Assembly: GCF_900289195.1 (NCBI RefSeq)
Contig: NZ_OMOH01000004.1
Coordinates: 150,001 to 182,000 of the forward strand
DNA length: 32,000 nucleotides
Direction: 5' to 3'
From: Propionibacterium ruminifibrarum
Lineage (GTDB): Bacteria; Actinomycetota; Actinomycetes; Propionibacteriales; Propionibacteriaceae
The notes below the pieces were generated by a model. That model saw only the letters and a list, made by a program, of their open reading frames with translations, had not been told where the DNA came from and made no database searches. Shown in pieces: positions 1 through 7,876 of the stretch (its first letter is position 1; each line of letters starts with the position of its first letter). The position numbers and the translations under genes were made by a program.

Positions 1-24
1 CTCGTCGGGAACGGGAATGGTCAT
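1..24 (-). CDS. 5' end (first 8 codons, MTIPVPDE) of an unidentified gene running off the left edge
   Basis: On the minus strand, ATG at 24..22 is preceded by GAAGGAG (complement of 31..37) with 6-nt spacing. The frame stays open to position 1. Too short to identify. Confidence 0.35.
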
Positions 25-94
25 CGTCGGCTCCTTCGTCCGGATATCAGCACCATCATCGCGCCGAAGGGGCGCCCACGGTTCGCGACAGTGC

Positions 95-243
95 CACCCC
101 CGCGGGGCGCCGGGCGGCCCTCCACTGCGACCCGGTCATGGCCTGCTGGTGGACCGCGCCCCAGCGGGGCACGGGGCGGCCCTCCACTGGGACCCGGTCA
201 TGGCCTGCTGGTGGACCGCACCCCCGCGGGGCGCGGGGCGGCC
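95..243. repeat. Tandem repeat, 62-bp period, about 2.4 copies
   Basis: Unit cacccccgcggggcgccgggcggccctccactgcgacccggtcatggcctgctggtggaccg (95..156) recurs at 157..218 with a few substitutions, and partially at 219..243. It lies in the intergenic region upstream of the 422 start. Confidence 0.85.
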
Positions 244-421
244 GGAGGCAGCTGCTCAGCCGGCGCCGGCCGCGCCCCGGTCGGATGAGGGGCCTGGCGC
301 ACAACGACGCCCCGTCCGACCGCGGAACGCCGCGCAGCTGTCGTCGGCGCCGAGGCGTGGCACGATGTCGAGCACGAAGGCATCACGGCCGTGCGTGGCG
401 CACCCGGGATGGAGGAATGCC

Positions 422-862
422 ATGACGGATCCCTGGCACCTGTACGAACGTCTCGTAGACGGGGTGCCCGCCGGTATCACGGTGACGCGGGCGCTGGTGA
501 ACCGCTGGACCGTGGTCGGCACCGATGACGGCACGATGGGTGTCGCCATGACCTGCCGCGGTGGGCCCCGGCTCCCCGAGCCGGTGATCGTGGGCGCCGA
601 GCTGCGCGAGGTGGCCGCGCTCGTGACGAGCTGGGACCTGCGGCTGGCGAGCCTGGGCGTGGCCGCGCTCAACGCCTGGTATGCCCAGCCGGCGCGCCTG
701 GAGGGTCTGGCGGGGCTGGTCTGGGACGAGCAGGCGGACTGGGCGGCCCGGCTCGCGCCGCACCTGGGAGCCAAACCGAGTGCGGTCGTCGGGCACTTCC
801 CGGTCGCCCGGCGGTTCGCCTCGCCCTGCCCCAGGCTTCGTCCTGCGGTCTTCGTGAAATGA
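422..862 (+). CDS. DUF4213/DUF364-family (putative heavy-metal chelation, Rossmann-like) protein, apparently 3'-truncated (146 aa)
   Basis: ATG at 422 is preceded by GGAGGA (409..414). The sequence MTDPWHLYERLVDGVP...GVAMT...LASLGVAALNAWY...AVVGHFP matches my recollection of the N-terminal half of this family. The ORF ends about 16 aa after the VVGHFP motif, where family members normally continue for more than 100 aa. Its stop codon (860..862) lies in the loop of a hairpin repeat copy. Confidence 0.6.
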   Translation: MTDPWHLYERLVDGVPAGITVTRALVNRWTVVGTDDGTMGVAMTCRGGPRLPEPVIVGAELREVAALVTSWDLRLASLGVAALNAWYAQPARLEGLAGLVWDEQADWAARLAPHLGAKPSAVVGHFPVARRFASPCPRLRPAVFVK

Positions 863-879
863 CGCACAAGAAACGCGGG
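825..879 (-). repeat. Solo inverted copy of the 43-bp hairpin repeat, with part of its flanking linker
   Basis: 837..879 (ttcgtcctgcggtcttcgtgaaatgacgcacaagaaacgcggg) is the reverse complement of the repeat seen at 1881..3090, with a few mismatches. 825..836 resembles the reverse complement of the aacctggga linker start. Confidence 0.8.
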
Positions 880-880
880 G

Positions 881-1802
881 CTATGCCGCCGAGGCGGTAC
901 GGCAGCGGGGGCAGCGGGCGAGCCGGCCCGACCAGCCCTTGCGATGCAGCACCGCGGCGATCTGCGCCGCGACGTCACAGGGTCGCCCAACCACATCGGC
1001 CCAGCCATAGCGGAGCGTCTCGATGCCCAGCTCCGCTGCACTGAAGTTGTCGCGTTCCATGTCACGGAACCGGCGGTCCTTGTGATAGCGCTCACCGTCC
1101 AGTTCGACTGCGAGCCCGAACCACGGCCAGTAGCAGTCGAGCCGCGCGAAGAAGAACGGGACCTGCCGCAGCGGGCGCACGAGCTGGTGGGCCTCCACCA
1201 CGTCCTTCGCGAAGCGGAGCTCCAGCGGGCTGTCGACCCCCACCAGGTCAGTGCACAACTCGGTGATGAGCCGTCGATGACTCACCCTTGCCCTGCGGTC
1301 CATTGCCTCGAGAAGCCGCTCGCGGGTCGTCGCCCTCGACCGCATGACCTGTCCCAGGACGTCGATGACCTCCCCCCTGCGAGGCGCCGCGGGCCAGATC
1401 GAGGATGCTGTCCTCCGGGTAGGTGCGCACCGGGTGTCCATGAGCGGGACGCGATCCCTCACGGAAGACGACCCCCGGGCAGTGCGCCCGCCTGGCCGTG
1501 TGGGTGCGCCAGATGAGGATCGACGCCGGCTCGTCGCTGAGCGCGCCGTCCAGGTAGAGGGCGGCGGCCCCGCCGATCACCGCGTCGCCGCGGCAGCACA
1601 GCACTCCGGCCCAGACCCGGGACCGCCACGTGGGCTCCTTGATGCAGTAGACGCCGCGGGCGAGGGTCACCCAGCCGCGCGCCAGGCCTCGCGTCTGCTC
1701 GGCGCTGAGCCCGGCGGCGAGGCACTGCCGGCGGGTGAGGCACCCGCCCTGTGCGTTGGCGAGGGAGATGAGGCGGGCTGGTGGGGTGGCGTGGCGTCGC
1801 AT
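881..1802 (-). pseudogene. Frameshifted DUF559 endonuclease-domain protein with an AbiEi-like N-terminal domain
   Basis: The N-terminal part (MRRHATPPARLISLANAQGGCLTRRQCLAAG...PEDSILDLA) is in the frame of ORF 1248..1802. The C-terminal DUF559-like part (EVIDVLGQVM...AVELDGERYHKDRRFRDMERDNF...LRYGWADV) is in the frame of ORF 881..1462. The frames meet at a G6 run on the coding strand (C6 at 1372..1377). Removing one G gives a continuous protein of about 306 aa. Confidence 0.7.
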
Positions 1803-1880
1803 GCACGTACTGTGTCCAGGACGGATCCCGCCCGATCAGGCGGCACCGCCCTGTGTACAGCGGTCGCACCGCGCTCTCAC

Positions 1881-2134
1881 TCTGCGGTTCTCGTGTGTCA
1901 TTCCACGACGACCGCAGGACGATTATCGCGAAGCTCGCGGGACGAACCTCGGACAGGCTCCGCACCGGCGGCAGCCGCGTCCCGCACCCCACCTCACCCT
2001 GCGGTTCTCGTGCGTCATTCCACGAGAACCGCAGGACGAAACCTGGGATGACTTTGCACTAGCAGCGGCCCTGTCCCGCACCCCGCCTCACCCTGCGGTT
2101 CTCGTGCGTCATTCCACGACGACCGCAGGACGAA
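1881..2134 (+). repeat. Array 1 of the hairpin-containing intergenic repeat (3 units)
   Basis: The 43-bp element cctgcggttctcgtg-cgtcattc-cacgagaaccgcagg-acgaa occurs at 1881..1922, 1998..2040 (perfect 15-bp stem) and 2092..2134. The linkers share ggctccgcaccggcggcagccgcgtcccgcacccc. The array ends with acgaacgcggtcaggg directly before the DinB stop. Confidence 0.9.
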
Positions 2135-2139
2135 CGCGG

Positions 2140-2706
2140 TCAGGGTTGCGGGGCGAACCGGTGAAGGTACAGGTCGCGCAGCAGGGCGATCTCCGCGCCG
2201 TGATGGATGAGCTCCCGGTTGATGTGCAGGACGAGGGAGGCGCGGCTCACGCGCGGGTGCAGGAAGGGCTCGGCGTCGCCGACCGGAAGAGCGAGGTCCT
2301 CGGTGCTCCAGGACCGCACACCGGCGATCCACTGGGCGTAGAAGTCGTCGAGCAGGGCCAGGGCCTCACGGGCGTGCCCCGGAAACTCGAAGTGCGCGTA
2401 GTCGATGGGCGAGCCCCCGAAGTGACTCGCGATCCTCACCCCGAGGACGCTGACGAGGATGTGGTTGAGGCGCCACGCGATCGTCGTCACCGGGGCGGGA
2501 TCCGGCGCTGGGAACACAAGGTCGATCGTCCACTCACCAGTACCGGGCGAGAAGGCCGACTCCGATGTCCGACGCAGATTCCAACTGCCCTCGACGGGCT
2601 CCCACAGATATTCCTCGTCGGTGAGACCGTACAGCCGGGCACGCAACTGGCGCATGTTCATGTCGGCCTGGGTGGTGAGTTCCGCAGTGACGTCAAGATC
2701 AGCCAT
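2140..2706 (-). CDS. DinB-family (DinB_2-like four-helix bundle) protein, 188 aa
   Basis: The ORF 2140..2763 has a likely true start at MADLDVTAE (ATG complement 2704..2706). Family-typical features are WEPVEGSWN, TIAWRLNHI and INRELIHHGAEIALLRDL (conserved His residues). Third-position GC is high. Confidence 0.75.
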   Translation of the reverse strand: MADLDVTAELTTQADMNMRQLRARLYGLTDEEYLWEPVEGSWNLRRTSESAFSPGTGEWTIDLVFPAPDPAPVTTIAWRLNHILVSVLGVRIASHFGGSPIDYAHFEFPGHAREALALLDDFYAQWIAGVRSWSTEDLALPVGDAEPFLHPRVSRASLVLHINRELIHHGAEIALLRDLYLHRFAPQP

Positions 2707-2856
2707 GACCGCATGATGGCATGTTGAGAGGCGACTGGCCTTGCGCTTCCCGTGGCAGGACACCCCAGAAACGCAGGCCGATCATCGCCGCTGGCGCCAG
2801 GACGGCGGACGAGCGCTCGGCCCTCTTGTGGGACTGAGCAGCAACTGCGGTCTGGC

Positions 2857-3090
2857 CCTGCGTTTTTCGTGCGTCATTTCACGACGACCGCAGACCGAAA
2901 CCTGGGACTGGCTCCACACCGGCGGCAGCCGCGTCCCGCACCCCGGCCCCACCCTGCGGTTCTCGTGCGTCTTTTCACGACGACCGCAGGACGAACCTCG
3001 GACAGGCTCCGCACCGGCGGCAGCCGCGTCACGCACCCCGGCCCCACCCTGCGGTTCTCGTGCGTCATTCCACGAGAACCGCAGGACGAA
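2857..3090 (+). repeat. Array 2 of the hairpin-containing intergenic repeat (3 units)
   Basis: Elements lie at 2857..2899, 2953..2995 and 3048..3090 (perfect stem), spaced 96 and 95 bp apart. Orientation is the same as array 1, and the array ends with the same acgaacgcggtcgggg tail. It lies between the DinB start and the flavin oxidoreductase stop. Confidence 0.9.
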
Positions 3091-3156
3091 CGCGGTCGGG
3101 GCTGTGGACTGAACACTGTTGGAGGCCGAAGGTCGGGCGGGATGCCCAGGGCGGTG

Positions 3157-4266
3157 TCAGTGGCGCCAGGCGCCGCGGAAGCGCTGCGGGGCCCAGGGGG
3201 CCTGGTCGTTGGGCAGGCCCAGTTCGTGGGCCGCGCGCAGCGGCCAGTTGGTGTCGCGCAGCGCGGCCCGTCCGAGATCGATGGCGTCGGCGCGGCCCTC
3301 GGCGAGGATCTGCTCGGCCTGGGCCGGGTCGTCGATGAGACCGACGGCGACGGTGGGCAGGTCGGCCTCGCGGCGGATCCTCTCAGCGAACGGCACCTGG
3401 TAGCCGGGACCCACCGTGATGTCGGCGCCCGGGAGCCCGCCCGAGGAGGCGTCGATCGCGTCGACGCCGATCTGCTTGAGGCGTTTGGCGAGTTCCACCG
3501 AGTCCTCTGGGGCGAAGCCCTCGGGGTGCCAGTCGCTGCACGTCAGCCGGATGAGAACCGGCTTGTCGGCGGGGAAGGCCTCGCGGACGGCGCGGGCCAC
3601 CTCGAGGATCAGGCGGCTGCGGCCCTCGGCGTCGCCGCCCCAGCGGTCGGTGCGGTGATTCGTGAGCGGCGAGTAGAACTCGTGCAGCAGGTAGCCGTGA
3701 GCGCCGTGGATCTCGACGGTGTCCAGGCCGGCGGCGTCGGCGCGGCGGGCGGCGTCGGCGAAGTCGGCGATCACCTGGACGATACCGTCCTCATCCAGCC
3801 CGTGGACGGGCACGGTGGAGCCGTCCAGGGCGGTCAGGGTGTCGTCCTGGGGGCCGACCGGTTCCCAGCCGCCCTGCGTCGCGGGCACGACGCCCTCGAG
3901 GACGCCGGGCCACCACTGGTTCGTACTGGCCTTGAAACCGGCGTGGCCGAGCTGTGCGCCGAGCGCGGCGCCGTGCGCGTGGACGAAGTCCGCGATGCGA
4001 GCCCAGGCGGGCACCTGGGCGTCGTCCCACAGACCGAGGTCGAAGGGCGTGATGCGGCCGACGGGCTGCACGCCGCTGGCCTCGGCGATGATGAGGCCGA
4101 AGCCGCCGATCGCCAGCGAGCCGTAGTGGACGAGGTGGTAGGTGTTCGGCACGCCGTCACGGGTCTCCACCGAGTACTGACACATCGGCGGCACCCAGGC
4201 GCGGTTCCGCACGGTGAGTCCGCGGAGCGTGAGTGGTTCGAACAGGAGTGGACGATCAGGGGCCAT
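3157..4266 (-). CDS. NADH:flavin oxidoreductase, Old Yellow Enzyme family, 369 aa
   Basis: Start at MAPDRPLLFEPLTLRG (ATG complement 4264..4266) is preceded by GAGGAGAGGAAA. OYE hallmarks are present: PPMCQY, GLIIAEA, QLGHAG, HGAHGYLLHEFYSPLTNHRTDRWGG. Confidence 0.9.
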   Translation of the reverse strand: MAPDRPLLFEPLTLRGLTVRNRAWVPPMCQYSVETRDGVPNTYHLVHYGSLAIGGFGLIIAEASGVQPVGRITPFDLGLWDDAQVPAWARIADFVHAHGAALGAQLGHAGFKASTNQWWPGVLEGVVPATQGGWEPVGPQDDTLTALDGSTVPVHGLDEDGIVQVIADFADAARRADAAGLDTVEIHGAHGYLLHEFYSPLTNHRTDRWGGDAEGRSRLILEVARAVREAFPADKPVLIRLTCSDWHPEGFAPEDSVELAKRLKQIGVDAIDASSGGLPGADITVGPGYQVPFAERIRREADLPTVAVGLIDDPAQAEQILAEGRADAIDLGRAALRDTNWPLRAAHELGLPNDQAPWAPQRFRGAWRH

Positions 4267-4822
4267 GGGTTTCCTCTCCTCAGCATGTCTTCGGCACACG
4301 CCATTGTGCCAAGTCGCGGCCAAGACGCGGGGATTGTTCCCCGGACCGTGAACGCGCCCCGGCAGCGGACGCGCCCGGAGCCCGCGAGCCGTGCGGCGCC
4401 CGACAACACTCACGTCTGATCACCCCCGACCGGACGCACCGCGGCCCAGGACGCGGGCGCGGCGCGGCAGGGCGGCGCCCGCGGATCGTGGGCGGTCCCC
4501 GATCATGAGCGGCCTGTCGAGACCGGCCTCAGGGCGTTTCACAGATCGTGGGCGGCCCCCTGGTCCAGCCCGCCAGGGGCTCAGGGAACCACATGCGCAC
4601 GGTCCAGTACGCCCATCCCATCCGCGCCCGGGACCCACCCTGTCCACCGGGTTGCCCAGCTCCGCCGCGTGCCCCGTTCCGGCCGCGCCCGGGCCCACGT
4701 TGGGGAGCGCCCGGAAGACGCCGGGCAGGGCGCCGGCGCACGGGCCGGGCCCGGGCCGCGACCGCACCCAGGAATCCTGGATGATCGGCCGACGGACCGG
4801 GCCCGGCCCCGCCAGGGGCGCC

Positions 4823-6370
4823 TCAGGCGGCGTCAGGGGTCTCCGTGTCGGTGGTCTTGCGGGACATGATCGCCGTCTCGATGATCCGCCGCGCGGCTGC
4901 CGAGTCGCCACCCAGCCCCGACTTCGGCGGGTTCACCAGGATGTCCTCCCCGGTGGCGTGGTCCGGTTCGAGGCACCAGCGCGGCTTGCGCAGCGCGTAG
5001 AAGATGAGCGGCGGTGCGCCGAGCACGACGATGACCACGCCCACCACGAGGCCGTATCCCACCGTGCTGAGCCCGGTGAACCCGGCCGGGCGGATGAACG
5101 ACAGGACGAAGGCCGCGGCGCAGGCCACGAAGCCGACACCGGCCACCAGCCGCATCGCCGGGGTGCGGTAGGTGCGCTTCACCTGGGGCCGCGTCGTCCG
5201 CAGCCGGATGGCGGCGGCGAACATGAGCATGTACATGATGAGGTAGAGCGCGGCCGCCATGTCGATGAGGGTGACGAAGGCCGTGTTGCCGTTGGGGATC
5301 ACGACGAACAGCAGCGCCAGGATCGTCACGATGAGGCCCTGCAGCACGAGGATCGAGCGCTGCACGCCGGCCCTGTTGCGCCGCTGGAGCAACGGCGGCA
5401 ACAGGCCCGTCCTGGCCGCGGCGAGCAGGCCCTTGGACGGCCCGGCGATCCAGGTGACCACGGAGGCGAAGGCGCCGAGTGCGATGAGCAGTGACATCAC
5501 CGGCGTTCCCCAACCGATGTGCCAGTGGTCGAAGAAGGCCTGGAAGGCCAGGTTGATGCCGTCGACGACGCCGAGGCTGCGCTGGGGAACGGCGATGGCG
5601 ATCGCCAGCGTGGGCAGGATGAAGATCGCCAGGATCATGGCGGCCGAGGTCAGCACCGAGCGCGGGTAGCCCCGCCCGGGGTCGGCCATCTCGTTGGCGT
5701 GCACCGCGTTCACCTCCATTCCGGCATAGGCGAGCACATTCGACACGATGAGCACGATGGACGCCAGGCCGGTCCAGGGCGGCAGGGCGGCCTGGGCGGT
5801 CAGCGGGGTCTGCGAGGGTGTGCCGGTGGCCAGCCAGGCCAGGCCGAGGACGACGAGCAGCACCGCCGGGAAGATGGTGCCCACGATGCCGCTCCACGAC
5901 CCCACCTTGGCGAAGAGATTGCCGCCCGCCAGGGTGATGAAGGTGGACACCCAGTAGAGCACGATGATGACGATGGCCACGTAGAGGCCGTTGCCGGCCA
6001 GCTCGCCGCGGTTGACCACGTAGGACAGGCTCACGGCGATGAAGGCGATCTGCGTGGGGTACCACACGACGTTCTGCACCCACTGCAGCCAGATGGCCAG
6101 GAAGCCCCAGCGCTCACCGAAGGCCTCCCGCACCCAGATGAACACGCCGCCCTTCCAGCCGGTGGCGAGTTCGGCGGCCACCAGGGCGGTGGGGATGAGG
6201 AACAGGACCGCGGGAATGACGAAGAGCAGCACCGAGGCCAGCCCGTAGCTGGCCATGGCGGGCAGCGAACGGAGTGAGGCCACCGCCACCACGGTGAGCA
6301 TGGCCAGGTTGAAGACGGACATCGCGGCGGGTGCGCGACCCGTTGCGGCGCCGGTTGTGTTGGTTGTCAT
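4823..6370 (-). CDS. gadC: APC-family amino acid permease, glutamate:GABA antiporter type, 515 aa
   Basis: Start at MTTNTTGAATG (ATG complement 6368..6370) is preceded by GAGGAGGA. The protein is polytopic and membrane-bound (SVFNLAMLTVVAV..., WVQNVVWYP...). It begins 11 bp downstream of the glutamate decarboxylase stop. Confidence 0.85.
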   Translation of the reverse strand: MTTNTTGAATGRAPAAMSVFNLAMLTVVAVASLRSLPAMASYGLASVLLFVIPAVLFLIPTALVAAELATGWKGGVFIWVREAFGERWGFLAIWLQWVQNVVWYPTQIAFIAVSLSYVVNRGELAGNGLYVAIVIIVLYWVSTFITLAGGNLFAKVGSWSGIVGTIFPAVLLVVLGLAWLATGTPSQTPLTAQAALPPWTGLASIVLIVSNVLAYAGMEVNAVHANEMADPGRGYPRSVLTSAAMILAIFILPTLAIAIAVPQRSLGVVDGINLAFQAFFDHWHIGWGTPVMSLLIALGAFASVVTWIAGPSKGLLAAARTGLLPPLLQRRNRAGVQRSILVLQGLIVTILALLFVVIPNGNTAFVTLIDMAAALYLIMYMLMFAAAIRLRTTRPQVKRTYRTPAMRLVAGVGFVACAAAFVLSFIRPAGFTGLSTVGYGLVVGVVIVVLGAPPLIFYALRKPRWCLEPDHATGEDILVNPPKSGLGGDSAAARRIIETAIMSRKTTDTETPDAA

Positions 6371-6381
6371 CTCGATCCTCC

Positions 6382-7806
6382 TCAGTGGTGGAAGGCCGCG
6401 GGCCGGCCGGACTCGTGGGGCAGCGGCCCGTCGAGCCGGTCGAGGTAGGCGACCTCGGCCCGCAGGTCCTCGAGGAAGGCGTCGGCCAGGTCGTGGCTGA
6501 GCCCGTTGCGGACGACGATCCGCTGCACCGTGACATCGGTGAGGTCGTCGGGCATCGGGTAGGCGGGCACCAGCCAGCCCTTCATGCGCAGCCGATCGGA
6601 CAGGTCGTACAGGTCCCACCTGTCCGTGTGCCCGTCGCGCAGCCGCCAGGCGAACACGGGGATGTCCGAGCCGTCGTTCCACAGCTCGAACGGGCCCATG
6701 CCGGCGATCTCACCGGCCAGGTAGCGGGCCACGTCGCGGCTGTTGGTCTGCACGCGCCGGTAGCCGTCGAACCCGAGCCGCAGGAACATGTAGTACTGCA
6801 GCAGCACCTGGGCGCCCGGCCGGGAGAAGTTGAGCGCGAACGTCGGCATCTGCCCGCCGAGATAGGAGACCTCGAAGATGAGTTCATCGGGCAGGGCCGC
6901 CTCGTCGCGCCACACGACCCAGCCGATGCCGGGGTACACCAGCCCGTACTTGTGGCCCGACGTGCTGATGGACGCCACCCGCTTGATGCGGAAGTCCCAC
7001 GCCAGGTCGGGCTGCACGAAGGGGGCGATCATGGCCCCCGAGGCGCCGTCGACGTGGATGGGGACGTCGAGACCGGTGCGCTCCTCGATGGCGTCCAGCG
7101 CCCGGGCTATCTGTGCGACGGGCTCGTACATGCCGGTGTAGGTGACCCCCATGATCGCCACGACGCCGATGGTGTTCTCGTCGACGTAGTTCTCGAGCCC
7201 GTGGCCGTCGAGCACCTTGTGCTCCTCGCTGATCGGCACGAAGCGCGGTTCGACGTCCCAGTAGTTGCAGAACTTCTCCCAGCAGACCTGCACGGCGCTC
7301 GACATGATGAGGTTGGGCCTGTCGGTCGACTTCCCGGCGGCCTTGCGGGCCTTCTGCCAGCGGCGCTTGAGGGCCAGGCCGCCGAGCATGCAGGCCTCCG
7401 AGGACCCGATCGTCGAGGTGCCGATGGTGTGTCGCGGGTCGGGGGCGTGCCACAGGTCGGCGAGCATCGTCCAGCACCGGGTCTCGATCTCGGCGGTGCG
7501 GGGGTACTCGTCCTTGTCGATCATGTTCTTGTCGGCGGCCTCGAGGTAGAGCCGGTTGGCGTGGTCGTCCATCCAGGTGCCGACGAAGGTGGCCAGGTTG
7601 AGCCGGGCGTTGCCGTCGAGCATCGCCTCGTCGTGGACGACCTGGTAGGCGGTCTCGGGCAGTGCCTCCGTGCTGGGGAACCGGAACTTCGGTAGATCGG
7701 AGGCTTCTCCAGGACGGGCGAAGAGCGGGTTGAGCTCGCTGGCTCCCAGATCCTTGACCGAGGACAGGGCCTGGGCAGTCGAGCACTGCGAAACTGATCG
7801 TGACAT
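6382..7806 (-). CDS. gadB: Glutamate decarboxylase (PLP-dependent), 474 aa
   Basis: Start at MSRSVSQ (ATG complement 7804..7806) is preceded by GAGAGGAG. Family motifs are NLATFVGTWMD, IDKDEYP, GSSEACMLGGLA and the PLP-lysine motif SISTSGHKYGLVYPGIGWVVWR. Confidence 0.93.
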   Translation of the reverse strand: MSRSVSQCSTAQALSSVKDLGASELNPLFARPGEASDLPKFRFPSTEALPETAYQVVHDEAMLDGNARLNLATFVGTWMDDHANRLYLEAADKNMIDKDEYPRTAEIETRCWTMLADLWHAPDPRHTIGTSTIGSSEACMLGGLALKRRWQKARKAAGKSTDRPNLIMSSAVQVCWEKFCNYWDVEPRFVPISEEHKVLDGHGLENYVDENTIGVVAIMGVTYTGMYEPVAQIARALDAIEERTGLDVPIHVDGASGAMIAPFVQPDLAWDFRIKRVASISTSGHKYGLVYPGIGWVVWRDEAALPDELIFEVSYLGGQMPTFALNFSRPGAQVLLQYYMFLRLGFDGYRRVQTNSRDVARYLAGEIAGMGPFELWNDGSDIPVFAWRLRDGHTDRWDLYDLSDRLRMKGWLVPAYPMPDDLTDVTVQRIVVRNGLSHDLADAFLEDLRAEVAYLDRLDGPLPHESGRPAAFHH

Positions 7807-7876
7807 GTCGAAAACTCCTCTCAGCAAGTGGGTTGCCCGAAGGTTTTCACCAATGTGCATTCCGTGCCACGAGAAG

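Noticed and set aside
17-421. N-terminal 135-aa extension of ORF 17..862
   Set aside because: The extension is R/G/P/A-rich, runs through the 62-bp tandem repeat and has no family-like sequence. A good RBS (GGAGGA) precedes the internal ATG at 422, where the recognisable DUF4213-like sequence begins.
1881-3090. Regularly spaced palindromic repeats (43 bp, ~95-bp period) that look superficially like a CRISPR array
   Set aside because: The sequences between the hairpins are themselves conserved from unit to unit, so they are not unique spacers. There are only 3 units per block, the blocks flank an ordinary gene, and no cas genes are present. The pattern fits a REP/BIME- or MIRU-like intergenic repeat better.
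4236-4252. tRNA T-arm-like string ggttcgaac
   Set aside because: It lies inside the flavin oxidoreductase coding sequence. No acceptor, D-arm or anticodon-arm complementarity surrounds it.
2752-4419. 555-aa plus-strand ORF spanning repeat array 2 and the antisense of the flavin oxidoreductase
   Set aside because: Its first part merely translates the repeat units (recurring PAVLVRxFTTTAGRT). The rest is antisense to a motif-rich OYE gene.
4391-7695. Plus-strand ORFs 4391..5494, 5519..6277 and 6331..7695, antisense to gadC and gadB
   Set aside because: Their composition is low-complexity and rich in R, G, D, E and H. They lie opposite genes with strong family motifs and RBSs, and no independent start signals are visible.
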